Source: Calditrichia bacterium (GTDB lineage: Bacteria > Calditrichota > Calditrichia > JAJRVZ01). Taken from it: 64,000 nt of DNA. Location of the stretch: contig CAWCNS010000009.1 of NCBI GenBank assembly GCA_963796965.1, positions 320,001 through 384,000 on the forward strand. Reading direction: 5' to 3'. Each line of letters starts with the position of its first letter. Within the stretch, counting starts at the first letter, position 1. Under the pieces are notes generated by a model. The model did not search any database. It was not told the DNA's origin and saw only the letters and a list, made by a program, of their open reading frames with translations. This document shows, piece by piece, positions 24,547-36,293 of this stretch. Position numbers and translations under genes: made by a program.

Positions 24547-25311
24547 CTACAACCCTAATTCTTTATTTACAATATTCATGAATCGCGTTGTCGAGATATA
24601 TCGATCAGCAAATATTTTGCCCTTATAAATTAGGTTAAAAACACTATATATCGATGGTGCTTTTTGGGCTTGGTGAGCTGTTTTAAGTTCAACAATATTG
24701 GGGTTTAAATTTTTTTCTTCCAGAAATGGTTGTACTTCTTCAATAAAGCGGGCCACCCAGGGACATTGTTTTGAATACACAATGGTAAGATCCTGGTATT
24801 TTTTCAATTCGCTTTGCCAATCGTTGATGGCAGGCTGAGGACCATCCTTTACTTGTTTTACTAATAATTGGTCTTTTCCAGATTCTTCTATAAGAAAGTA
24901 ACCATTTTTTAAAAAGATCTCTCTATTAACCATAAATGAATTATCACTGGTTATGACAGCGACACCGTACATATCACTTGCATCTTTCTCAACCTCTTCT
25001 ACTAATAACTTACCTAAACCTTTATGTTGATGTTTTTTACCATTTGTCCATAAACAGTGAATAAACATATAATCTTTGGCACTCACGGCCCGCCAACAGT
25101 ATGCACCGGGGATATACTCGATAAAACCGACTGCCTTTTTTTCACCTTCCAAAAACAGCAGTTTTATCTTTAATCCATTTTGAAATTGATTCTTTAACCA
25201 GCTTATCTTTTTATCATACAATTCATGCTTTGGATTAATAAAGCAGATAACTTGAGGATACTCTACCAGGTTTTTTTCTGTAACTTCAACGATGTTCGCT
25301 GCATTTCTCAT
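24547..25311 (-). CDS. GNAT-family acetyltransferase with YoaP-like C-terminus
   Basis: GFIEYIPG, FIHCLW, HKGLGKLL and QCPW...AQKAPS motifs. Confidence 0.8.
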   Translation of the reverse strand: MRNAANIVEVTEKNLVEYPQVICFINPKHELYDKKISWLKNQFQNGLKIKLLFLEGEKKAVGFIEYIPGAYCWRAVSAKDYMFIHCLWTNGKKHQHKGLGKLLVEEVEKDASDMYGVAVITSDNSFMVNREIFLKNGYFLIEESGKDQLLVKQVKDGPQPAINDWQSELKKYQDLTIVYSKQCPWVARFIEEVQPFLEEKNLNPNIVELKTAHQAQKAPSIYSVFNLIYKGKIFADRYISTTRFMNIVNKELGL

Positions 25312-25356
25312 TGAGTCTATAACTCCTATTACACTAGAGTATTATTTTTAACGCCA

Positions 25357-25479
25357 TCACACAGAAAAAAATTTTGATTTTTAAAGATTACTCATCCTAA
25401 ACCAATTGTTTAAGCTAGAGATTTTTACTAATCAGGATAATAATTTATATAATATTTCTTTGTGGGCTTTGTGTTTATC
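25357..25479 (-). repeat. Family A element, reverse orientation, degenerate
   Basis: The reverse complement reads GATAAACACAAAGCCCACAAAGAAAT...TTTCTGTGTGA. Confidence 0.7.
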
Positions 25480-25497
25480 TCTTTTTATTTTATTCGA

Positions 25498-25662
25498 TTA
25501 ATGCCAGATGTCGAATTTTTTCTTTGCACCACATTTACAGGTGTAATAAACAACATCCTTGTTACCATGAGGAACGATCTTTTTAAATTTTAAAGAAGGT
25601 TGTTCTTCTGTGCACTCTTTTCGTTTACAATTGATCTCTTTCTCATATTTAACATTTGGCAT
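25498..25662 (-). CDS. 54-aa Cys-rich small protein, not in the ORF track
   Basis: AGAGGAG RBS. MPNVKYEKEINCKRKECTEEQPSLKFKKIVPHGNKDVVYYTCKCGAKKKFDIWH, with C-x4-C and C-x-C. Confidence 0.6.
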   Translation of the reverse strand: MPNVKYEKEINCKRKECTEEQPSLKFKKIVPHGNKDVVYYTCKCGAKKKFDIWH

Positions 25663-25726
25663 ATTAAGCTCCTCTTTAAGTAGTCATCAAGAATATAGGT
25701 AATTTGTCACAGGGAAAAAAGATCGA

Positions 25727-27157
25727 TTATTTCTCCTGCAAACGTTTTAACATTTTTGATGCATTCGTGTTTTCTGGATCTAATTTCAAGACTTTCTTAT
25801 AGAAATCGATTGCTTCTGATTTTTTATTATTCCTAAAGTAAGCATCGGCCAGGGATTCAAAGGCACTTGGAGATTTTGGGAAGAATTCAATTTTTTTCTT
25901 CAACACCGCATACAGGATTTGTTCATCTGCTCCTGACAAATAATTATAAGCCAAGACATCCATAAAAAATTCATTCACAAGATCATATCTAAAAGCAACC
26001 TGAAATACAGAATCCAAGGCAGCATTACCTTCAACGTCTTTGTTCCCACGCAACAAACTTTCCGCCCGCTTAATATGAATTTCCATTTCCTTTACCGCCT
26101 GTTTGAGTTTATCTTCTCTGCCCATATTGTAAACTGCTCCCGCTTTTTTTGCCATAACAAATGCTGTGTCCAATGCTGAAGAAGCCGGAACAAGTATATC
26201 CGGAATCACTCCGCTTCCTTCCCAATTTCCACCAGTTACCGGATTTACAGCACGTACTGTAGGAATGTATATCTCAAACTTATTATTGATTTGATAGAGA
26301 TCTACTGAATGGGCACCTCCTTTTGTCGAATCACCTATAATGATCGCTCTATTCCTAACTTTCATATCATAAGCGAAAGACTCGGCAGCAGAAAAGGTTC
26401 TATCACTTGTTAATAAAAATAGTGGAACATCCGTGAGAGGTTCCATTCCTATATCATGTTGGGTCCAATTCTCTGTTAAAAAATCATATTTACGAGAGTA
26501 CCAGCTATTTAATTGTGTTGGATGAGGTAAAAAATAAGTGCTTAGATAATCCCCTGATCCACCACCATTATCCCGGATATCAATGATGATTGCATTAGCA
26601 TTTTCCAAAAACGTCATTGTCAGATTAACCATTCCCCTGATATCCGGATAATAATAAAAGCGGTTGAGTTTCAAATATCCAATATTACCCTCCATCCATT
26701 CAAGTTTGGCAAATCCTTTATTCTCCTTCAGACCTAAAAAATGATAACGTATGGGATGACGAAGGGTGCTCTCAGTAGCCTCTTCCATATCACTGGTTTC
26801 CTTCAGTCGAACATAAAAATGAGCATCATGAGTAATAACTCGAAGATCATCTGAAATTTTACTGGCAAATGCACTGTCTTCGGTGATTGAATTATAAAGG
26901 CCCTCCTCATAATGTCGCATCATCTCCTTAGAATATGTCTTTGCTAATTCAGGAAAAACATAATTGTCCTTAACTAAATCGCTAATCTTTTGAACAACAT
27001 TTTGTTTATAGGTTTCATTACTCAAGTGATGATCATTTTGAGCCCGAACAATCGAAACCTCTGCTCCATTCATCAGGACTATTCCAAAAAGAAGAACAGT
27101 AAAAAAAACACTTTTTTTCCCAAAGCCCATTTTTTGATACATCATAACTTTCTCCAT
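25727..27157 (-). CDS. S41-family peptidase with C-terminal TPR
   Basis: GNIGYLKL, IIDIRDNGGG, TFSAAESFAY, IIGDSTKGGA and WEGSGVIPD motifs, with a TPR at the C-terminus. Confidence 0.9.
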   Translation of the reverse strand: MEKVMMYQKMGFGKKSVFFTVLLFGIVLMNGAEVSIVRAQNDHHLSNETYKQNVVQKISDLVKDNYVFPELAKTYSKEMMRHYEEGLYNSITEDSAFASKISDDLRVITHDAHFYVRLKETSDMEEATESTLRHPIRYHFLGLKENKGFAKLEWMEGNIGYLKLNRFYYYPDIRGMVNLTMTFLENANAIIIDIRDNGGGSGDYLSTYFLPHPTQLNSWYSRKYDFLTENWTQHDIGMEPLTDVPLFLLTSDRTFSAAESFAYDMKVRNRAIIIGDSTKGGAHSVDLYQINNKFEIYIPTVRAVNPVTGGNWEGSGVIPDILVPASSALDTAFVMAKKAGAVYNMGREDKLKQAVKEMEIHIKRAESLLRGNKDVEGNAALDSVFQVAFRYDLVNEFFMDVLAYNYLSGADEQILYAVLKKKIEFFPKSPSAFESLADAYFRNNKKSEAIDFYKKVLKLDPENTNASKMLKRLQEK

Positions 27158-27638
27158 TTGAGTAAAAAATTAGACGTCCATTTTTCTCACTTGATATATA
27201 TCACCACACTAATTATTCTTTTTTATTATTATTTGGCATTAAGGTTTACTTTGTTTGCTTTGCAGTTCATACCCGGATCAACATATATAAATCTACAAAC
27301 ATGTAGACGTTCATCATCTAAGAATAAATTTGCACATATTTATAAACATATATCGCTGTATACGGTACCGGGCAGAATGATTTTCCAAGTGGAAAGTACA
27401 AAGATCCTACTTATATTTAGCAGAACTTTTTTGCTTAGTTGAAACTTATGTATGAATTTGCGCCTAGTAGAATTATATATTCATAAAAGTAATATCATTT
27501 ATGACAAGAACAAAGAAAATAATATGAACGTCATATCTGATTTTTGAAATCTGTTGCACTTACAGGTGGATATGATTAGTTTTTATTCATAGCCTTTTAA
27601 TAAAAACAGAGTCGTTGAAGAAAAAGGGCAAATTTCAG

Positions 27639-28614
27639 ATGTGGATGAAGCGTTCAACATTTCTTGTCTTGCTTTTGACCCTGCTATATTCATGTGAGGC
27701 ACCACGGGATAATCCAATGGATCCTCAAAATCCTAATTACAACTATGGCAGGATCAGTGGTACGATTAAAACCATCAGCCTGCCAGTCGAAACCATTCCA
27801 CAGACAATAGTCAAATGGCAGGGTGGCTCTGAGCTAACTATTTCCAATGAGCAAGGAGAATTTGAATTCTTATTATCCAATCCTAAGAATGGATGGTTAA
27901 ATTTTTCTCATCCTGAATTTCATTCGGATTCTCATTTTGTTAACTGGCCAGATAACCGTGAACTAAGAGTGGAGGCCTTTCTCAACGCTTTACCCATTAT
28001 GGATAGTCTCTTTTTATACAGTGTGGTACTTAACCGATTCCCTTCTTTTCAGAAAGAACAAATGATCATTGAAGCTCATATAAGTGATCGTGATAATGAT
28101 ATCGATTCTGTATTCGCAATTTTTAATGACGATAAAAAAAAATTCCACCTTTCCTATAATACAACACAAAAAAACTTTCGTCAGGAATTATCCATCCTGG
28201 ACCTGGGTGTTTTATCTATTGAAGAGTTGGTTGGAGAACCGATTAATATAGAGGTATGCGATTTATTTAGTAATGTTCTCTCCGTCGGCCAGGGGCAATT
28301 AAAACGTGTTATACATGATGAGGTCATCGTCCTTTCTCCAATAGACAACATGGTTACCGGTCCCTTTCCGACCCTTGTATGGCAATCCCTGCAGACAACC
28401 TATTCTTTCCATTATAATCTTGAGATCTATACCAATGAAGTTGCGCCGGTAATGGTTTGGCAACGTATGAAAATTTCTAATGATCAAACAACCCACACTG
28501 TTGATACTGCTTTAACAGTGGGTAGCTATTTTTGGGTCATCTGGGCTATCGACAGGCTTTGGTAACCGTACAAGATCCAAACCGGCCGCCTTTAATGTAC
28601 AGGCAGAAGAGTAA
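27639..28614 (+). CDS. Lipoprotein with carboxypeptidase-regulatory-like/Ig-like domains (frameshift near 28555)
   Basis: Lipobox LLYS|C followed by PRDNPMDP. The corrected frame ends FGNRTRSKPAAFNVQAEE, with its stop abutting the next ATG at 28615. Confidence 0.7.
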
Positions 28615-30132
28615 ATGACTATGAATAAAAATTCCAGAAAAGGTCTTCCGGAATCGACAGATTTTTCTAAGATCAGGGCCATTAGCCGCGAACAGTTAGA
28701 ATTGCTGAACCGGATTAGTGAATTACTTTCTGGAGCCAATATAGAAGAAACATTGATGGCCCAAATTCTTGATCTGGTAATTTCGTATCTTCAGGCGGAA
28801 CGTGGTTTATTTGCCCGTTATGACCCCACAAATGAACATTTCAGCACGGTTGCTGCCCGGAATATATCCCAGGATTCGCTTGATGGATTACAGTCTTTTT
28901 CTTCCGGGATTCTCCACAGGGTTATAGATAAAAAAATGGCATGTCTCTATCATGATGTTCAGCAGGATCCTCAGATTTCGCAATTTGAAAGCATCCAAAT
29001 CGAAAATATAAAATCTGTAATAGGTGTCCCTGTTTTTCATCAGGGACAGATTTGGGGAGTCATATTGGTTGATAGTACGGACCAGCGTCAGCAATTCACC
29101 AATGAGAACCTGTTCTTTTTAGAATTTTTGGCCAACCTTTTTTCCCTGGTACTGGATAAAATTATTATTATGCATGATCTGCAAGAGCAAAACATCATTC
29201 TCCGCAGACAATTACAGGAATTGCCAGCTGTTCCGGATATGATCGGAGACAGTCCTGCAATGAAAAACTTGTTCCAATTACTTCAGCGTGTCTCTCAAAG
29301 TGATGTGTCGGTTCTCTTACAAGGTGAAAGCGGTACGGGTAAGGAATTGGCAGCCAAAGCCATTCATAAATTGGGTAAACGGAAAGACAAACCATTTCTT
29401 GCTCAATTTTGCGGCTCTATTCCAGACACCCTCCTGGAGAGTGAATTGTTCGGTTATAAAAAAGGGGCTTTTACAGGTGCTAATACAGATAAAAAGGGTC
29501 TTTTTGAAGCAACGGATAAGGGTACTTTTTTTCTCGATGAAATCGCTGAGATCTCGCTACCCCTTCAGGCAAAATTATTACGTGTATTAGAGAATCAGGA
29601 AATTATCCCTCTGGGTGATACCAGGATGAAGAAGGTAGATGTACGGATTATTGCCGCAACCAATAAGAATTTAATCGAGATGGTTGAACAGGGAACTTTC
29701 CGTCGTGATTTATTCTATCGTTTAAATGTCTTTCCAATTACGTTACCTGCGCTTAGAGAAAGACGGGAGGATATCCCCCTCTTAATCAATCATTTTCTTA
29801 GCAAATATGCCCGGACCGGACAAAACCTTAGCGCCAAAGCCCTACAAAACCTGGAACAATATAATTGGCCCGGTAATGTGCGACAACTAGAGAATATACT
29901 CCAGCGTGCCCTCATACTCAGTGATGGTGAAAAAATAATCCCGGAACATATCGTTTTGGAAAAGAAGGGGCAACTTGTTGATTTTCAGGGATCCCTTCGC
30001 GACTTCGAACTCTTATTATTGGATAAAAGATTAAAGGAATTTGAGGGAAACCGCACCCTGACGGCCCGCTCACTCGGTGTATCTGTTAGATGGGTACAGT
30101 TGAAGTTAAAGGAGATGGGGAATAGAGATTGA
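28615..30132 (+). CDS. Sigma54-dependent activator, GAF-AAA+-HTH
   Basis: GESGTGKE, ESELFGYKKGAFTGA, FLDEI, FRRDLFYRLNV and WPGNVRQLEN motifs. N-terminal GAF and no receiver domain. Confidence 0.95.
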   Translation: MTMNKNSRKGLPESTDFSKIRAISREQLELLNRISELLSGANIEETLMAQILDLVISYLQAERGLFARYDPTNEHFSTVAARNISQDSLDGLQSFSSGILHRVIDKKMACLYHDVQQDPQISQFESIQIENIKSVIGVPVFHQGQIWGVILVDSTDQRQQFTNENLFFLEFLANLFSLVLDKIIIMHDLQEQNIILRRQLQELPAVPDMIGDSPAMKNLFQLLQRVSQSDVSVLLQGESGTGKELAAKAIHKLGKRKDKPFLAQFCGSIPDTLLESELFGYKKGAFTGANTDKKGLFEATDKGTFFLDEIAEISLPLQAKLLRVLENQEIIPLGDTRMKKVDVRIIAATNKNLIEMVEQGTFRRDLFYRLNVFPITLPALRERREDIPLLINHFLSKYARTGQNLSAKALQNLEQYNWPGNVRQLENILQRALILSDGEKIIPEHIVLEKKGQLVDFQGSLRDFELLLLDKRLKEFEGNRTLTARSLGVSVRWVQLKLKEMGNRD

Positions 30133-30298
30133 TGTGAGATGTGAGATGTGAGATGTGAGATGTGAGATGTGAGATGTGAGATGTGAGATGTGAGATGTGA
30201 GATGTGAGATGTTTAAAGGTGATGTTCTCCTAACACTTAGTCAAGTATTTATTTCTATTTTATCACCTTTCCCGTATCCCGTATCCCGTATCCCGTAT
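30131..30298. repeat. Facing heptamer arrays (GATGTGA)x11.7 and (CCCGTAT)x4
   Basis: Arrays at 30131-30212 and 30271-30298, read directly from the sequence. Confidence 0.95.
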
Positions 30299-30350
30299 CT
30301 ATAAACAAATCTAATACAACCAAAAGAAACATCATATAAGTTGCAAATTT

Positions 30351-31866
30351 ATGTCAGAAAACCAAGAAATCCTCTTCAACCGATTCAGGATCGAAGAATG
30401 TCTAAAAAAAGACAGGATCAGCAATGTCTATATTGCCTGGCATATCCATCTTGAAAAGAAAATTCTGCTTAAAACATTAAATACTGAAGAAATCGAAGAC
30501 CAGGGATGGCTGGAGCGTTTCCGACGGGAAGCCAAGGTTCTTGCCCGTCTTGATCATCCAAACATCATCCGCGTACTTGATTTCGGATCAGATAAAAAAG
30601 TCTATTATATTTCCTTTGAGTATTTTAATGGTCGTAACCTACGTCAATTGTTAAGCGAAGAGCCACCGGATCACGAACAAAAAAAGCACATTCTAATCCA
30701 ACTTCTCCAGGGTCTTGAAGCCGCCCATCAGCATGGTATTATTCATCGGGATGTTAAACCGGAAAATATTTTAGTCAATAATGAATGGTATTTAAAGTTA
30801 GCTCGATTTCGGCCTCGCATTTCGGGCTGAGGATCCTAAACTTACCAGCAAGTCTTCTCTTATTGGTACCCCAGCCTATATGTCGCCAGAACAAATTCGT
30901 GGTGAAAATTTAAATGCACAAACCGATCTGTTTTCGGCAGGCATTGTCGCATTTGAGATGTTTCAGGGATATCATCCCTTTCTCGGCGAGGACATAAAAG
31001 ACACTATAAATAACATTCTTAATATTGATCATCAAAGGATCTCTGGTAAATTAGCCTCAGAGGTCCCACCTGTTATTATGGAGTTACTCCAAATATCACC
31101 TCAGCAAAGACCATCATCAGCAGCGCAATCTCTTAAGGAATTGGGAATTAAACCGGATGTTAATAGGATTGATCACTTGCCAATATTAAAGCAGCAAAAA
31201 AACTATATGCGGCTTGCTCTCATTTCATTTGTGATCATCCTCCTCGGTCTTAGCGGATACATTTTTTACCCCGATATCAATAAATTGCTAACGGGAGAGA
31301 AACCACTGGCACATACTAATCCACCTGCTGATACTACGCTTCAAGTTAGCACAATGTCGATGCAAGAGAAACTACCGGACCGATCTGAACTGATAAAAGA
31401 GCAGGTTGAAGAAAATCCCGATTTACCTGAATTGGGAACGCTTTTTGTCTTTTCAGATCCGGTTACTGAAGTATATATCGATCGTCACTATCATGGGAAG
31501 ACACCCTTTCGTGCACCCCTGGAATTATCTACAGGCACGCATAGTCTTAAACTTTCCCACGAGCTGTATCCGGACCATTATCAAGAAATTAAAATCGATG
31601 CTGGCCGGGCACAAATTTTAGGCTTTGCGTTGGATACCTTGTTTGGTTATCTCTCCTGTCAGGTCTATCCCTGGGGAATGGTTCTTGTTGATGGCAAATT
31701 GATCGGAGAAACCCCTCTTGCCGAACCAGTTTTATTAGCACCGGGTAGTTATAAAATCACTATTGAAAATCCGGGTTTTCAGACATTCACCGATTCCTTA
31801 GTCATAACCAAGCAAGAGACGACTGCTCTCAAAGTAAATCTTGAAAAAAGAACCAAGCTGCAGTAA
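30351..31866 (+). CDS. Hanks-type Ser/Thr kinase with a TM helix and extracytoplasmic PEGA domains (frameshift near 30804)
   Basis: HRDVKPENIL. One extra base precedes GAT TTC GGC (DFG). GTPAYMSPEQ, then a TM segment and two VxIDG..GxTP PEGA repeats. Confidence 0.9.
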
Positions 31867-31891
31867 ATATTTTGCCATATGGAGTAGATAT

Positions 31892-32719
31892 ATGTCAGCA
31901 CCAATCATTTGGACATTCCTATTTTGTATTACCCTGATCTTACCTTCCATTGCCCAGATCGGGTCGACCGAATCAGATAAATTAAGAGCGCTCTTCCAGG
32001 AGTTCCGATATCAGGAAGTCATTCAGAATGCCGAAGAAATACTTCAGAGGAAATCTAATATGTCTATAGAAGAGGAATGTGAAATTCTGCGCCTTCTATC
32101 ACTGTCATATTATTCACAACAGGATATGCAAGGTGCCCTTAAAAATTTTGCAAAGATCATAGAATTAGACTCCAATTACCGTCTTAATCCTGTAGAGAAT
32201 TCTCCAAAAATTTTGGCATTCTTTGAGGAGATTCGACATCAAACCCAGGAAAAAAATACCCAATCTGAAAAGCCAACAAGGGATAGTGTCGCTGTTGCTA
32301 TTCCTGATATGAATGTGGATAGTCTTGAACAATCTGCGCGTCAACAAATGGCCCTTTCACTTTTCCTCCCCGGTTCAGGACAAATTGGAAGGGGAGAAAA
32401 AACAAAAGGCTGGCTCTTGTTGGGTGGAAACGTCGTTTTACTCGGATCTTTTTTTTATTTTGCCGCCGAGACAAACCGTCTTGAAGATATATATTTACAG
32501 GAGACTAATCCGATGAATATTTCATCCGCCTACGATGATTTTAATCAAGCCTATCAAAACCGGAATTTAGCCCTGTCCGGGTTTATAGCAATTTGGATTT
32601 ATACTCAGATTGACTTTCTTTATATCTCTAAACCAAAGCCCTCCTCTGGTCAGGTTAGCTGGTATCCTAAGATGGACCAATCAGGAAGAACATCCTTAAA
32701 CATCGCCTACCAATTTTAA
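31892..32719 (+). CDS. Secreted or membrane TPR-containing hypothetical protein
   Basis: GGAG before ATG 31892, signal peptide, TPR-like helices, SLFLPGSGQ motif and C-terminal Phe. Confidence 0.7.
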   Translation: MSAPIIWTFLFCITLILPSIAQIGSTESDKLRALFQEFRYQEVIQNAEEILQRKSNMSIEEECEILRLLSLSYYSQQDMQGALKNFAKIIELDSNYRLNPVENSPKILAFFEEIRHQTQEKNTQSEKPTRDSVAVAIPDMNVDSLEQSARQQMALSLFLPGSGQIGRGEKTKGWLLLGGNVVLLGSFFYFAAETNRLEDIYLQETNPMNISSAYDDFNQAYQNRNLALSGFIAIWIYTQIDFLYISKPKPSSGQVSWYPKMDQSGRTSLNIAYQF

Positions 32720-32744
32720 CCAAAGCTCTGCATATTTTACACCT

Positions 32745-32872
32745 GGTACGAATATTTTTCGCACCTGTTTGTTGTTTTTTAATCGAACTCAGATATCATC
32801 ACCCCAAGCGAGCCCATCAAATGCGGTTTTATGAGAATCAAGAGAATTAGATTTCTCTGGCATTATATTTGA
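32745..32872 (+). promoter_or_regulatory. Sigma54 -24/-12 promoter with upstream palindromic enhancer
   Basis: TGGCATTATATTTGA at 32858-32872 (GG-N10-GA). Palindrome GGTACGAA-N5-TTCGCACC at 32745-32765. Confidence 0.65.
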
Positions 32873-32912
32873 ACCTATATCTTTTGTCAGGTTTCCCAAA
32901 ACGATTAAAATA

Positions 32913-33120
32913 TTCTCACGCAAAGTCGCTAAGAAGTAGGGAAAATAAACTCAAAACACAAAGATCACAAAGATTTTAGTAATTGTATACTACTTTCAGC
33001 ATTCTGCTTTTTTCAAATCTTGGATGATTTTATTTCGGCAAACCAATAGGAAGTCCATGGATATGACAGGACTTATATTTATAGAATTTTAATCTGATTT
33101 GTGCAATTCGTGGATAAAAT
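32913..33120. repeat. Mosaic inverted-arm element remnant
   Basis: TTCTCACGCAAAGTCGCTAAG..CACAAAGATCACAAAG at the left and TTTGTGCAATTCGTGGATAAAA at the right. Confidence 0.55.
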
Positions 33121-33139
33121 ATTTAACGTGGAGGTAACC

Positions 33140-36100
33140 ATGTCATCGTTACAGTATTTGTCTTCCATAATTTTTGTTGTAGTACTTTTATTTTCCAGCT
33201 TATTCGCGGGAAATATGAATGGGGTCGTGTATGATGCGGAAACAGGAGATGTGGTTTCCGATGCAAAAATTATTGCTCTCAGTTATACAGCTAATGGCGA
33301 TTCCTTGCAATTTTCAACCCGTAGCACTTCTGATGGTCAGTATGAGTTGACCAATATGGCACCCTACTCCTATCTAGTCTGGTGTGAGCATCCGGACTAT
33401 CAGGTTAACAAAGTTAATGATGTGGTCATTAGCGAAAATGCTAATTTTACCCTCAACTTTTCTCTTCTCCGACATTATGAGCCTGATTTTGATACACGCA
33501 TTTCCGGAGTCGTTTATAGTACAACGGAGCTCCTTTCAGCAATGATACCTTTGCCCGGTGCTAAAGTTGTGATCTATGGGGAAAACAGCAGATTTGAGAC
33601 CATAAGCAATGATGATGGTCGCTATAAATTTAATAATGTTCCACCGGGCGAATATAAACTGACCGCTGAAGCGGCTCATCATCTTCCTTATGAATATTCT
33701 GATATTATTTCGCTTCAACAGGGGGATTATATCGATGATCTCAACATCCAGCTTGTACAGCTGCCCCATCCAAATACCTCCACTGTTTATGGGAAGATTG
33801 TTAGTCCTACCGATAATACACCCGTATATCCGGCTTATGTAACCGTAATACCCTTGTATTACACAATGATCGACGGACCGATCCCCATAGAACCAGACAT
33901 TTATGCTGTGATCAACAATCCGGATGGGAGTTATGTGGTAGAAAATATTCCTTCCGGTAAATATCTGATGATCTGCTCTGCTGAGACCTATAAATGGCAA
34001 CGAATCGAAAACATTGAACTGGTTGACCAGAAAGTGAAGGTTGATTTTTTTCTGGATGAACTAGATCCTACACATGACAATTTGATCACAGGTACCATTT
34101 ACGCATATCCCACAAGAGGACATGTTCTGTCTCTGGTTGATGTTTATCTTACCTATATAGATCCTGATCTTGAACGACCGGAAATCCTCTATCACAGTCT
34201 CTCCGATGGATTTGGACATTACCAGTTCCACAAAGTTTACAACGGATTCGTCGAAATGCGTTTTTCTAAATGGGGATTTGAACCATTCAGCGACAGTCTG
34301 AAAGTTTCGGATGATACCTGGCTTACAAATCAGGATTACTGGTTAAAACCAATCATCCAAATTGATCCAATCGTTCTGAAAGGCTTTGTCTATCAGGCTG
34401 ATAACACGGGATCAAATAAACCCATCTATCCTGCACATATCCAAATGTATACCATTAACAGTGCCGGTGAGCAAATCAGATACAATACGATCAACAATCC
34501 CGACGGCAGTTATCGGATTAGCGGGATCCGACAGGGGACCTATACAGTGGTATGTACAGCTGTAGGATATGAAAAACGGGTTGAAGATAATATTGTATTG
34601 TCGGCTCCGCAGCATGAACTGGATTTCTATCTTAAACCATTGGGAACAAATCTTTTCGGATATATCACCGGTCGGTGTCCACTTTGACTGGCGAAACCAG
34701 CCTGTCTCCGGGTGCGTTAATAAGTTTTTTACCCAAATATACCGATCTATTGGAAAATGATGCGGCTTATCATACAATTACTGGTCCAGATGGTCAATAT
34801 AAAATGATGCTGCCGGAAGATGAATATATCATCTCATGCCAGTATCGCGGCCCGGATGGCTGGTATTTCTACCAGGAATATTACGACAATGCCCATACCA
34901 TGGCAGATGCAAAACCGGTAAAATTACATGGGGGAGAAACTGTTGGTAGTATCAATTTTGGCATTCCTTATCCGGCTGATCGTCCAATCCGTAAAGATTA
35001 AAGGTAACGTCAGCGACTATAACGGCAATGTACTGGCTGATGCTATTGTCAATGTCCGTCCCTATGATATGCCAACCCGGGCCTATGGTGCCGCCGACTA
35101 TGTTTATCAAACACGTACCGATGATCAGGGGAATTATATCATCAAAATTGATCTCTATTGGCTTACCATCCCCACACCCGTCTTAGGATTTATCGTTTCT
35201 GCTCAGAAGGATGACTATGTCACCGAATTTTACAAAGAGAAAAGAACACCATACGAAGCAGACATCCTTTGGGCCTTTAGTGATACCACTTTCCAGGCCA
35301 TCGATTTCACACTGGATCCGTTGAATCAGACCTATGTCATCGAGGGTATAATTAGCAGCGAAGATGGCACGGCAATCCCCCAGGCATTCATAATCGGATT
35401 TCATGCGCTGACGGGAGAGGTTACGTTCGGTATTTCCGGTAATAACGGGGCTTATCGTTTAAGTGGTTTGAAAAAAGGTTATTATTTTCTTTTGTTTGTT
35501 GCCAGTGGTTATGTCCCTGAATTCTATGATGATGCCCGCCGTTGGGAAGAGGCTAGACCTGTTTGGGTTAATGGTGTTGTATCGGATATCAATGCATCTC
35601 TCACCCCTATGCCCACTTTTAGCGGAAACATCAATGGTATTGTCTCCGGACGGATCTTTGATGAAAGTGGAAATCCGCTTTCCGGGGCAATGGTCACGAT
35701 GCAATTACGTGATGGACCAATTCATGCCTATAATTTGAGTGACGGTGATGGTATGTTTGAGCTACCTTGGGAAGAATCCGGTGAATATCTCGTCACAATA
35801 AGCAAGGTTAACTATAGCAGTTATTCCGCCTGGATAAAAGTAGGGTCTGAGGACGCACCCACAACGACCATGCTATTTAATCTTGAAAGTACCTTTACAG
35901 ATTTGCCCGACGATCCGGACAAAATAGCACATGCAATCCCGACAGTGCATCGTCTATATCAAAATTATCCGAATCCTTTCAATCCTTCGACGAATATCCA
36001 ATTCGATCTTCCAGAACAAGAAGAGGTTAATCTGATTATTTATGATATACTGGGAAATCGGGTTAGGGAACTATTTAACGAATCTCTACCAGCTGGAAAT

Positions 36101-36220
36101 CATACCGTAACCTGGGACGGCTTAGATCAGCATGGTGTACAGGTCTCTTCGGGCCTATATTTTTACGTCATACAAACACCCGATACGCGCATGGTTGGCC
36201 GGATGATTCTGCAGAAATAA
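33140..36220 (+). CDS. Large secreted protein with multiple carboxypeptidase-regulatory-like repeats and a C-terminal sorting domain (frameshifts near 34675 and 34975)
   Basis: GGAGG before ATG 33140 and a signal peptide. Repeated G.V......P+..A.V...T..DG.Y.+..+..G.Y units. Ends LYQNYPNPFNPST...RMILQK. Confidence 0.8.
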
Positions 36221-36236
36221 CATTATGAATTTTCAG

Positions 36237-36260
36237 AGGGACACGACATATCGTGTCCCT
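36237..36260. terminator. Hairpin (terminator or REP-like)
   Basis: AGGGACACGA-CATA-TCGTGTCCCT perfect stem, 16 nt after the stop codon. Confidence 0.6.
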
Positions 36261-36293
36261 AATTACATTATAATATTACAGACCAGAAGGAAT

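Noticed and set aside
26990..27442. Short antisense or overlapping ORFs (e.g. 483-779, 8116-8571, 8513-9016, 26990-27442, 53365-53631, 55238-55429)
   Set aside because: They shadow well-supported genes or translate repeats, and have no recognisable motifs.
30780..30830. Programmed frameshift in the kinase or other split genes
   Set aside because: There is no slippery heptamer, and similar indels are scattered over unrelated genes.
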